From Candidatus Methylomirabilia bacterium (lineage in GTDB: Bacteria; Methylomirabilota; Methylomirabilia; Rokubacteriales; CSP1-6), in contig JBGQHJ010000141.1 in assembly GCA_041497895.1 (NCBI GenBank), positions 1 through 12,511 on the forward strand: a stretch of DNA of 12,511 nucleotides, read 5' to 3'. Under the pieces are notes generated by a model, which was not told the origin of the DNA, ran no database searches, and was given only the letters and a program-made list of their open reading frames with translations. Made by a program: the position numbers and the translations under genes. This document shows positions 1-8,118 of this stretch, one piece after another; the stretch's first letter is position 1, and each line of letters opens with the position of its first letter.

Positions 1-804
1 CCGGAGATGGATATTCCATGGGACGAGCTCCATCCTGAGCGATACCCCGAGGAGCAGATCATGGCCGCGCGGCTTCACTGGAGCCGCCGGACCTGGGGCG
101 AGTACGGCGCCATCTCGGAGAGCCCGGCCCTGCTCCTGCGCTTCTGCCTCGAGAACCGGCTGCCGGACCTGCGCTTCTTCTTCACCATGCGCACGCAGGA
201 GGAGGGTCGCCACGCCGAGGCCTCCTGGCTCATGGCCGAGCGCCTGGGCGGCTACTTCCCGCAGCCGCAGAACCCGCCCACGGTGAGCGCGGTCGGCACC
301 CACGGGGTGCGGCGAATGGCCTTCGATCCCGACACCTCGCTCGAGGGCATCTTCGCGAGTCTGGTCTGCGCCGCGGAGGAGATCCTCATCGACGCCTTCA
401 AGGCCACCGTGCACAAGGCCACGAACCCGGCGGTGCGGCGGCTCATGGAGCTGATCCTGAGAGACGAGGTGCGCCACATCGCGTTCGGCTGGCAGTGCCT
501 GGACGCCTGGGCGCCCACCTTCACGCCCCAGACGGTGCAGAACATCGAGCGCGCGGTGACCCAGATGATCCAGAACGTGGAGTTCAACGGCTACCGCAAC
601 CTGTGGCTGGCCGTCGAGGGCGGCAGCGCCACGCCGCTCGAGATCGACGCCGACCGCGTGGCCTGCGAGGCCGGCCTCGGCGGCACCACCCCCGAGGACG
701 AGATGCGCATCGTGCCGCAGTTCATCGCCAAGATCCGCGCGCGGATGGCGCCGTGGGGCGTGAAGCTGCCGATGTTCGATCACCCGAAGCTCGGGAAGGT
801 CTAG
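1..804 (+). CDS. Ferritin-like superfamily diiron-carboxylate protein (putative oxygenase/oxidase); probably 5'-truncated
   Basis: Diiron ligand pattern, numbered from the ATG at 7: E32 (TWGEYG), E66-x-x-H69 (QEEGRH), E124/E125 (CAAEE), E154-x-x-H157 (RDEVRHIAFG). An IPWD motif lies near the N-terminus. The frame is open from base 1, so the true start may be upstream. TAG stop at 802-804. Confidence 0.8.
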   Translation, partial: PEMDIPWDELHPERYPEEQIMAARLHWSRRTWGEYGAISESPALLLRFCLENRLPDLRFFFTMRTQEEGRHAEASWLMAERLGGYFPQPQNPPTVSAVGTHGVRRMAFDPDTSLEGIFASLVCAAEEILIDAFKATVHKATNPAVRRLMELILRDEVRHIAFGWQCLDAWAPTFTPQTVQNIERAVTQMIQNVEFNGYRNLWLAVEGGSATPLEIDADRVACEAGLGGTTPEDEMRIVPQFIAKIRARMAPWGVKLPMFDHPKLGKV

Positions 805-814
805 CCCGGCCCGC

Positions 815-1687
815 GTGCGCCCCGCTCCCTTCGAGTACTTCGCGCCGCGGACGGTGGAGGAGGCCCTCGAGCTCCTCGCGCGCCACGGCGACGAGGCCAA
901 GCTGCTGGCCGGCGGCCAGAGCCTGGTGCCGATGATGAACATGCGCCTGGTGCGCCCCGCGGTGGTGGTGGACCTGAACCGCGTGGCCGCGCTCGGCACG
1001 GTGCGGGAGGACGCGGGGCGGCTCCACCTGGGCGCGCTCGTCCGCCAGCACGCGCTCGAGCGCGACGGGCGCGTCGCCGCCACCGCTCCGCTGCTCGCCG
1101 AGGCCGCCCCGCTCATCGGGCACCTGCAGACGCGGGCGCGCGGCACCATCGGAGGCAGCCTCGCCCATGCCGATCCCGCCGCCGAGCTGCCCGCCTGCAT
1201 GATCGCCCTCGACGCGGTGTTCCACCTGCGGAGCGCCCGGGCGCAGCGGGCCTGCTCCGCCCGGGACTTCTTCCGTGGCCTCCTGTCCACCGCGCTCGAG
1301 CCGGACGAGCTCCTCGCCGGGATCGAGGTGCCCGCGGCGCCGGCTCCGCGCGCCGGGCACGGCTTCGCCGAGGTGGCGCGACGGCACGGGGACTTCGCGC
1401 TCGTCGGAGCGTGCGCGGTGCTCGCGCTCGACGCGGGCGGCGTCTGCCGCCACGCCCGGCTCGTGATCTTCGGCGCGGGCGACGGCCCCCACCTGGCGCG
1501 CGCCGCCGCCGCGCTGATCGGCGAGCGGCCCTCGGCCGCGCGCCTCGCCGAGGCGGGACGGGCCGGCGCCGGCGAGATCGACGCGCGCTCCGACCTGCAC
1601 GCGACGGCCGAGTACCGGCGGCGCGTCGCGGCGGGGCTCGCCGCGCGGGTCCTCCACCGGGCGGCCGCGCGGGCGGAGGCGGCGTGA
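815..1687 (+). CDS. Xanthine dehydrogenase/CO dehydrogenase family FAD-binding medium subunit (CoxM/CutM-like)
   Basis: N-terminal PAPFEYFAP, FAD-binding AGGQSL and GTIGGSLAHADPAAE motifs, ARRHGDFA, and C-terminal DLHATAEYRR. GTG start 10 bp after the upstream stop. Confidence 0.93.
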   Translation: MRPAPFEYFAPRTVEEALELLARHGDEAKLLAGGQSLVPMMNMRLVRPAVVVDLNRVAALGTVREDAGRLHLGALVRQHALERDGRVAATAPLLAEAAPLIGHLQTRARGTIGGSLAHADPAAELPACMIALDAVFHLRSARAQRACSARDFFRGLLSTALEPDELLAGIEVPAAPAPRAGHGFAEVARRHGDFALVGACAVLALDAGGVCRHARLVIFGAGDGPHLARAAAALIGERPSAARLAEAGRAGAGEIDARSDLHATAEYRRRVAAGLAARVLHRAAARAEAA

Positions 1688-2190
1688 CGGCCCGGCCCGG
1701 CTCCACCCTGCACGACGTCGCGGTGATCGTGAACGGCGCCGAGCGCCGGGCGCGCGTGATCCCGCGCCTGCTCCTGGCCGACCTGCTGCGCGAGGATTTT
1801 GGCCTCACCGGGACTCACCTCGGCTGCGAGCACGGCGCGTGCGGGGCGTGCACCGTCCTGGTGGACGACGAGCCCACCCGCTCCTGCCTCGTCTTCGCGG
1901 TGCAGGTGGACGGCTGCCGGGTCGACACCGTCGAGGGGCTCGCCGGCGCCGGCCCCGGCCTGCACCCGCTGCAGGAGGCCTTCCGGAGTCGGCACGCGCT
2001 GCAGTGCGGCTTCTGCACGCCGGGCATCCTGATGACGCTGGTCGCCTACCTGCGGCTCCACCCGTCTCCGTCGGAGACCGAGATCCGGGTGGCGCTCTCC
2101 GGCAACCTCTGCCGGTGCACGGGCTACCAGCACATCGTGCAGGCCGCGCTGGACGCGGCGGCCGGGCGCGCGGCGGCTCCCTCGGCGTGA
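1684..2190 (+). CDS. (2Fe-2S)-binding small subunit (CoxS/CutS-like), 168 aa
   Basis: Two 2Fe-2S motifs: GCEHGACGAC...SC and QCGFCTPG...GNLCRCTGY. Start reassigned from 1411 to GTG 1684, which has a GTGA overlap with the coxM-like stop and GGAGG at 1675-1679. Confidence 0.93.
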   Translation: MTARPGSTLHDVAVIVNGAERRARVIPRLLLADLLREDFGLTGTHLGCEHGACGACTVLVDDEPTRSCLVFAVQVDGCRVDTVEGLAGAGPGLHPLQEAFRSRHALQCGFCTPGILMTLVAYLRLHPSPSETEIRVALSGNLCRCTGYQHIVQAALDAAAGRAAAPSA

Positions 2191-4502
2191 AGTTCGTCGG
2201 CGACCGGCATCTCCGCAAGGAGGATCCGCGCCTGCTCACCGGGCGCGGTCGCTACGTGGGGGATCTCGTGCTGCCCGGCATGCTCCACGTCGTGCTGCTG
2301 CGGAGCCCGCACGCCCACGCACGCATCCGCCGGGTGGACGCGGACCGGGCGCGCGCGCACCCCGGCGTGGTGGACGTGGTGACCTTCGCCGAGCTCGGCG
2401 GCGCCGGGCGCGCATTCCCCATGGTGCCGCCGCACCCGGAGCTGCGCGGGCACAACTTCGCCCCGCTCGCGGGCGACCGCGTGCGCTTCGTGGGCGAGGC
2501 CGTCGCGGCGGTGGTGGCCGACAGCCGCTACGAGGCGGAGGACGCGCGCGACCTGCTCGAGGTCGAGTACGAGGTGCTGCCGTCGGCCCAGGCTCTTGCG
2601 CCGGGCGCGCCCGCGGTCCACGACGACATCCCCGACAACCTGGCCGGGCGCGTGACGCTCACCCGCGGCGACGTCGAGGCCGCCCTGCGCACGGCGCCGC
2701 GAGTAGCCTCGCTCCGGCTGCGCATCGGGCGCGGCGGGGGCCAGCCGATGGAGACGCGCGGGCTCGTGGCGGACTGGAACCCGGCCCTCGACCAGCTCAC
2801 GGTGTGGGCCTCCTCCCAGGTGCCGCACCAGATCCGCCAGTTCGTCGCCGACCTGCTCGACCTGGCGCCCCACCAGGTGCGCGTGATCGCCCCCGACGTG
2901 GGCGGCGGCTTCGGGGCCAAGCTCATCGTCTATCCCGAGGACGTCCTGATCCCGTTCCTCGCGCGCCGCCTGGCCCGACCGGTGCGCTGGATCGAGGACC
3001 GCCTCGAGCACATGCTGGCCGCCACCCAGGAGCGCGAGCAGGAGCACGACGTGACCGTGGGCTTCGACGACGCGGGCCGCCTCCTGGCCCTGCGAGACCG
3101 CTTCGTCCACGACACCGGGGCCTACACGCCGCGCGGCCTGGTGGTGCCGCTACTCACCGCCTCGATGCTGACCGGCCCGTACCGCATCCCCGCCGTCGAG
3201 TCGAGCTTCGAGAGCCGCTACACCCACCGCGTGCCGGTCACGCCGTATCGCGGCGCCGGGCAGCCGCAGGCCGTCTTCGTGATCGAGCGGGTGCTGGATC
3301 TGGTGGCGCGCGAGACCGGCCGCGATCGCGCCCAGGTGCGACTGGCCAACCTGGTCCGCGCCGAGGACATGCCGTGGGACACCGGGCTACCCAACTACCG
3401 TGGCAGCGGCCACGTGGTGCTGGACAGCGGTGACCTGCCCTCGGTGCTGCGCCGCGTTCTCGAGAGAGCGCGTTACGATGCGCGCGCCGCCGAGGCCGCC
3501 GCGGCGCGCGCCCGCGGCCGCCTGCTCGGCGTGGGCGTCGCCTGCTACGTGGAGCTGACCGGCGTCGGCCCCTTCGAGAGCGCGCGCGTGCGGGTCGACG
3601 CGGCCGGGCGCATCTCCGCGTGGAGCGGCGTGTCCACCCAGGGCCAGGGGCTCGAGACGACGCTGGCCCAGGTCGCGGCCGACGAGCTCGGCGTCACGCC
3701 CGAGGACGTGACCGTCATCACCGGCGACACCGCGGGCGTCGAGCACGGGACGGGCTCCTTCGCGAGCCGCGCCGCGGTGGTCGGCGGCAACGCGGTGGCC
3801 CTCGCCGCGCGCGATGTGCGCGTGAAGGCGCGCGCCCTGGCCGCCCGCGCCCTCGGGATCGACGAGAGCGGCCTCGAGCAGGCCGGCCCGACCTTCGCCG
3901 ACCGCCGTCGCCCGGAGCGCCGCGTGACCTTCGCCGAGCTGGCCCGCCTGGCCGGCGCGGCGACGGCCGCGCTCGGCGTCGAGCCCGGCCTCGAGAGCAC
4001 GCGCTTCTTCCAGCCCACCGACATGACCTACTCTTCCGGCGCCCACGTGGCGCTGGTCGAGCTCGATCCCCTCTCCGCCGCCGTCCGCATCCTCGGCTAC
4101 TGGATCAGCCACGACTCCGGCCGGCTCATCAACCCGCTGGTGGTGGAGGGCCAGCTCCAGGGCGCGGTGGCGCTCGGCATCGGCAGCGCGCTCCTCGAGG
4201 AGGTCGCCTACGACGAGGCGGGGCAGCTCCTGGCCGGCAGCTACCTGGACTACCTCCTGCCCACCGCCACCGACGTGCCGACCATGGTGATCGATCACCT
4301 CGAGACGCTCTCGCCGCTCAACCCGCTGGGGCTCAAGGGCGTGGGCGAGTCGGGCACCCTGCCGGTGCCCGCCGTGCTCGCCTCCGCGATCGAGGACGCG
4401 GTCGGGCCCGAGGGTGGTCGTGTGACGCGCATGCCGCTCGGGCCCACGCGCCTGCTCGATCTGCTGCCCCCGGGCCTGCCGGATTCGGACGGGAGCGCCT
4501 AG
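2187..4502 (+). CDS. Xanthine dehydrogenase family molybdopterin-binding large subunit (form II CoxL-like), 771 aa
   Basis: Motifs RKEDPRLLTGRGRY, LRSPHAHA, PMETRG, DVGGGFGAK, PYRGAGQP, QGQG, GSFASR, INPLVVEGQ and KGVGESG (catalytic Glu). Start reassigned from 1839 to GTG 2187 (GTGA overlap with the coxS-like stop). Confidence 0.93.
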   Translation: MKFVGDRHLRKEDPRLLTGRGRYVGDLVLPGMLHVVLLRSPHAHARIRRVDADRARAHPGVVDVVTFAELGGAGRAFPMVPPHPELRGHNFAPLAGDRVRFVGEAVAAVVADSRYEAEDARDLLEVEYEVLPSAQALAPGAPAVHDDIPDNLAGRVTLTRGDVEAALRTAPRVASLRLRIGRGGGQPMETRGLVADWNPALDQLTVWASSQVPHQIRQFVADLLDLAPHQVRVIAPDVGGGFGAKLIVYPEDVLIPFLARRLARPVRWIEDRLEHMLAATQEREQEHDVTVGFDDAGRLLALRDRFVHDTGAYTPRGLVVPLLTASMLTGPYRIPAVESSFESRYTHRVPVTPYRGAGQPQAVFVIERVLDLVARETGRDRAQVRLANLVRAEDMPWDTGLPNYRGSGHVVLDSGDLPSVLRRVLERARYDARAAEAAAARARGRLLGVGVACYVELTGVGPFESARVRVDAAGRISAWSGVSTQGQGLETTLAQVAADELGVTPEDVTVITGDTAGVEHGTGSFASRAAVVGGNAVALAARDVRVKARALAARALGIDESGLEQAGPTFADRRRPERRVTFAELARLAGAATAALGVEPGLESTRFFQPTDMTYSSGAHVALVELDPLSAAVRILGYWISHDSGRLINPLVVEGQLQGAVALGIGSALLEEVAYDEAGQLLAGSYLDYLLPTATDVPTMVIDHLETLSPLNPLGLKGVGESGTLPVPAVLASAIEDAVGPEGGRVTRMPLGPTRLLDLLPPGLPDSDGSA

Positions 4503-5776
4503 CGCCGGTCCACCACCCGCACCGCCTTCCCCGGCGTCCGCGGCAGCTCGCCTTCCTTCAGGAGCGTGATCTCCGGGCTCAGGTTCAGGAACTGCCGCAG
4601 CTCGCTGCGGAGCCGCGGCAGCCCGGTCTCCGCGAAGCCCTCGCGGGCCTCGACGAGCAGCGCCAGCCGGTCGCTGCCGCCCGGCGCGCGGTCGAGCACG
4701 ATCTGGTACTCGTGGCCCACGTGGGGCTGCTTGAGGAGCAGCGATTCGATCTGGCGCGGATAGAAGTTCACGCCGCGGAAGATCACCATGTCGTCGGTGC
4801 GCCCGTGCAGGCGGTCCAGGCGCAGGTGGGTGCGGCCGCAGGCGCAGGGCGCGCGGCTCAGCACGCGCGTGAGATCGTGGGTGCGGTAGCGGATCAGCGG
4901 GAGCCCCTCGCGCGTGAGGGTGCTCACCACCAGCTCGCCCTGCTCGCCGTCGGGACGCGGATCCCCGGTCGCGGGGTCCACCACCTCGCAGAAGTAGTGG
5001 TCCTCCCAGACGTGGATGCCGGCGCGGGCCGCGCAGTCGATGCCGAGCCCGGGCCCGCCGGTCTCCGTCATCCCGATGATGTCGAACGTGGTGAGGCCGA
5101 ACCCGCGCTCGATGAGCCGGCGCAGGTCGTCGGACCACATCTCCGAGCCGAGAATGGCCACCCGGAGGCGGAGCGAGCCCAGGTCGAAGCGCTCCTCGCG
5201 CGCGACCTCGAGGATGCGCAGCGGGTAGGTCGAGATCCCGGCCAGCACGGTGGCGCCCAGATCGCGCATGAGCTGGAGCTGCAGCGACGTCCGGCCCGCG
5301 CCGATCGGCACCACCATCGCCCCGATCCGCTCGGCGCCGTAGTGGAAGCCGAAGCCGCCGGTGAAGAGCCCGAACGACGGGGTGATCTGCACCACGTCGC
5401 GCGCGCCCACGCCCGCCGCCACGTAGCAGCGGGCCATCACCGCCGCCCACTGCTCCACGTCGGCCCGCGTGTACGGGTTCAGCACCGGGTTGCCGGTGGT
5501 GCCCGAGGACATGTGGATGCGCAGGACGGCCTCGGGCTCGGCGCAGGCCAGGCCGAAGGGATAGGCGTCGCGCAGGTCGTCCTTGGTGAGAAACGGCAGC
5601 CGCGCCCAGTCGGCCGGGGTCCGGATGTCACCGGGGGCCGCGTCCCCGAGGCGCCGCCGCCAGGCCGCATTGGTCAGGGCGCGGCCGAGCGTCCGGCGCA
5701 TCCCCTCGACCGTCTGCGTGTCCAGCACCTCGCGCGGCAGGGACTCGGCCGGCGCGTCCCACATGGGCGCGCTCAT
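4499..5776 (-). CDS. Phenylacetate-CoA ligase family (PaaK-like) aryl/acyl-CoA ligase, 425 aa
   Basis: ANL and PaaK-type motifs: LPFLTKDDLRDAYPFG, HMSSGTTGNP (P-loop), GLFTGGFGFHYGAERIG, IGMTETGGPG, RYRTHD, GRTDDMVIFRGVNFYP, PRTPGKAVRVVDRR. Start reassigned from 6859 to ATG 5776 (ATGA overlap with the upstream stop). Confidence 0.9.
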   Translation of the reverse strand: MSAPMWDAPAESLPREVLDTQTVEGMRRTLGRALTNAAWRRRLGDAAPGDIRTPADWARLPFLTKDDLRDAYPFGLACAEPEAVLRIHMSSGTTGNPVLNPYTRADVEQWAAVMARCYVAAGVGARDVVQITPSFGLFTGGFGFHYGAERIGAMVVPIGAGRTSLQLQLMRDLGATVLAGISTYPLRILEVAREERFDLGSLRLRVAILGSEMWSDDLRRLIERGFGLTTFDIIGMTETGGPGLGIDCAARAGIHVWEDHYFCEVVDPATGDPRPDGEQGELVVSTLTREGLPLIRYRTHDLTRVLSRAPCACGRTHLRLDRLHGRTDDMVIFRGVNFYPRQIESLLLKQPHVGHEYQIVLDRAPGGSDRLALLVEAREGFAETGLPRLRSELRQFLNLSPEITLLKEGELPRTPGKAVRVVDRR

Positions 5777-8085
5777 CTCGCGGGCCCGGGCGCGGGCGGC
5801 CGCGCCGCGAGGGCGCGGAACACGCGCTCGGGCGTCATCGGCAGCTCGGTGAACCGCACGCCCACCGCGTCCTTCACCGCGTTGGCCACCGCGGCGGCCA
5901 CCGGGATGACCCCGGATTCGCCCAGGCCCTTGGCGCCGAACGGCCCGGCCTCGTCCACCGTCTCGATCAGGTGGATCACGATCTGGGGCATGTCGGAAGC
6001 GGTGAGGAGCGCGTACTCCATGAACTGCGGGTTCAGCACGCGCCCCTCCTCGATCCGCAGCTCCTCCGAGAGCGCGTAGCCCAGCCCCATGTGGATGCCG
6101 CCGTGGATCTGCCCCTCGGCGGCCAGCGGGTTGAGCGCGCGGCCCACATCGTGAGCGGAGGCCACCTTCAGCACCCGCACCTGTCCGGTCGCCAGGCTCA
6201 CCTCCACCAGGGCGGCCTGGGCCGCGAAGCCGTAGGCGGCCGAGACGTTGCCGCGCAGATCCTTCGACAGCATCTCGTTGGGCGGGTCGTAGAAGGCCTC
6301 CGCCACCAGGGTGCGGCCGCCCTCGCGGAAGTGGCCGGCCCGCACCACGCGGTCGTACTCCATGCCGCGCTCGGGATGCCCCTTGACGCGGACGCGGCCG
6401 TCGGCCAGCTCGAGGTCGTCGGGGCGCTCGTCCATCACCGAGGCGGCCAGGGCGAGCAGCTTGCTCTTGAGCTCGCGCGCGGCCATCAGCGCGGCGTTGC
6501 CGGCGATGAACGTGGTGCGGCTCGCGTGCGCGCCCACGTCCCAGGGCTTGATCGTGGTGTCGCTGTTGACGACGTCGATTCGCGCGAGGGGCACGCCGAG
6601 CTCCTCGGCCACGATCATGGCCAGCACCGTCTCGGAGCCCTGGCCGATCTCGCTGGCCCCGGTGAGCAGGGAGACCCGGCCGAAGTCGTCGAGCTTCAGG
6701 ATGGCGCCGCACCCGTCGGAGCGGTAGACGCGCGCGCCCCCGCCCACGTGGAACATGGCCGCGTAGCCGATCCCGCGCCGCCACCCGGGCCGCGCGGCCT
6801 CGCGGGCGTCCCGGCTCATCTCGCGCTCGACCGCGTCCAGGCACTCGGTCATGGCGCACGAGGTGATGATGTTGCCCTGCGGGTTCACGTCGCCGGACCG
6901 GGTGGCGTTGCGCCGGCGGATCTCGACCCGGTCGAGCCCCAGGCGCTCGGCCAGGTCGTCCATCTGGGCCTCGATCGCGAACGTGCTCTCGAGGTTGCCG
7001 TAGCCACGCATGGAACCGGAGTATGGATTATTGGTGTAGACGATGCTGGTGTCGAAGCGCACCGCCGGCACGCGGTAGAGCCCGGCGGTGGTGGAGAGCA
7101 TCACGTACGGCGTGGTCGACCCCCACGACACGTAGGCGCCGTTGTCGATCACCACGCGCGCGTCGCGGCCGAGCAGGCGGCCGTCGCGGTCCGCCGCGGT
7201 CCGGAGATGGATGACGCAGGGCTCGCGGGTCGGGCTCGCGATGAACTCCTCGATACGCTCGAAGGCGATCTTCACCGGCCGGCCCGCGCGGCGGGCCAGG
7301 AGCGCGGCGATGATGTCGATCGGGTACAGGTCGAGCCCGCGGCCGAAGTTGCCGCCCACCGGCGGCTGGATCACCCGCACCCGGTCGCCGGTGATGCCGA
7401 GCGCCTCGGCCAGATCGCGCTGGTAGAGGAACGGGACCTGCGTGGTGCTCCACATGGTGAGCGAGGCGTCTGGGCTCTCGGGCGCGCCCCATGACGCGAT
7501 CGCCACCATCGTGCCCATGCACGCGGTGGTGACGTAGTTGAGCCGGTACTCGCCCTCGACCACCACGTCGGCGCGCGCGAAGGCCGACTCCACGTCGCCG
7601 TGCGCGAACTGGTAGCGCAGGTTGACCAGGTTGCTACCCCGCTCCTCGTGGACGAGCGGGGCTCCCGGCCGGAGCGCCGCCGCCGGGTCGAACACCGCGG
7701 GCAGCTCCTCGTAGTCCACCCGGATGAGGCGCACCGCCTCCTGCGCGATCTCCTCGGTCCGCGCGGCCACCGCGGCGATCTCGTCGCGGATGCAGCGCAC
7801 CTTGCCCCCGCCGGCCGCCCCGCCCTTGAGCGCCAGGTGGTCCTTGGCGAAGCCGAACGGGTGCTGCTCCACCCGGTCCGCGGTGATCACCGCGATCACC
7901 CCCGGCAGCGCCTCGGCCGCGCTCGTGTCGACGCGGCGCACGCGCGCGTGGGGGTACCGGGTCCGGAGGATGGCGCCGTGGGCGAGGCGCGGCAGCGTGA
8001 GGTCGTGCAGGAACTCGGTGTGGCCGGTGACCTTCTCGGCCCCGTCGCGCTTCGGGGTGCCCTTGCCGATGACGCTGAAGCTCAC
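5773..8085 (-). CDS. Xanthine dehydrogenase family molybdopterin-binding subunit, 4-hydroxybenzoyl-CoA reductase alpha (HcrA)-like, 770 aa
   Basis: Motifs DGAEKVTG, TTQVPF, VGGNFG, YTNNPYSGSMRGYG, LKLDDFGRVSLLTGASEIGQGS, ASRTTF, ALNPLAAEGQIHGG and GPFGAKGLGE. GTG start at 8085 with GGAG about 10-13 nt upstream. Family assignment is secure; the HcrA-like subclade is by recalled similarity. Confidence 0.88.
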   Translation of the reverse strand: MSFSVIGKGTPKRDGAEKVTGHTEFLHDLTLPRLAHGAILRTRYPHARVRRVDTSAAEALPGVIAVITADRVEQHPFGFAKDHLALKGGAAGGGKVRCIRDEIAAVAARTEEIAQEAVRLIRVDYEELPAVFDPAAALRPGAPLVHEERGSNLVNLRYQFAHGDVESAFARADVVVEGEYRLNYVTTACMGTMVAIASWGAPESPDASLTMWSTTQVPFLYQRDLAEALGITGDRVRVIQPPVGGNFGRGLDLYPIDIIAALLARRAGRPVKIAFERIEEFIASPTREPCVIHLRTAADRDGRLLGRDARVVIDNGAYVSWGSTTPYVMLSTTAGLYRVPAVRFDTSIVYTNNPYSGSMRGYGNLESTFAIEAQMDDLAERLGLDRVEIRRRNATRSGDVNPQGNIITSCAMTECLDAVEREMSRDAREAARPGWRRGIGYAAMFHVGGGARVYRSDGCGAILKLDDFGRVSLLTGASEIGQGSETVLAMIVAEELGVPLARIDVVNSDTTIKPWDVGAHASRTTFIAGNAALMAARELKSKLLALAASVMDERPDDLELADGRVRVKGHPERGMEYDRVVRAGHFREGGRTLVAEAFYDPPNEMLSKDLRGNVSAAYGFAAQAALVEVSLATGQVRVLKVASAHDVGRALNPLAAEGQIHGGIHMGLGYALSEELRIEEGRVLNPQFMEYALLTASDMPQIVIHLIETVDEAGPFGAKGLGESGVIPVAAAVANAVKDAVGVRFTELPMTPERVFRALAARPPAPGPAR

Positions 8086-8118
8086 CGCCGTCGCGCTCCG
8101 GAGGCGATCGTGACCGGG

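Noticed and set aside
1411..2186. Extended N-termini of the CoxS-like (from 1411) and CoxL-like (from 1839) ORFs in the ORF track
   Set aside because: The extensions are low-complexity read-back into the upstream genes. Family homology starts at the GTGA-coupled starts 1684 and 2187.
815..4502. Calling the cluster aerobic carbon monoxide dehydrogenase (coxMSL)
   Set aside because: The AYxCSFR Cu-binding loop is absent and no cox accessory genes follow, so gene symbols were withheld.
3387..6079. Long alternative-frame ORFs (3387-5450 -, 687 aa; 3620-6079 +, 819 aa)
   Set aside because: Their translations are Arg/Gly/Ala/Pro-rich or antisense-like with no family motifs, and they overlap well-supported genes. 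These are shadow ORFs expected in high-GC DNA.
5777..6859. Apparent 360-aa N-terminal fusion on the CoA ligase
   Set aside because: It is an off-frame overlap with the Mo subunit gene. Ligase similarity begins at ATG 5776, so there is no evidence of a real fusion or frameshift.
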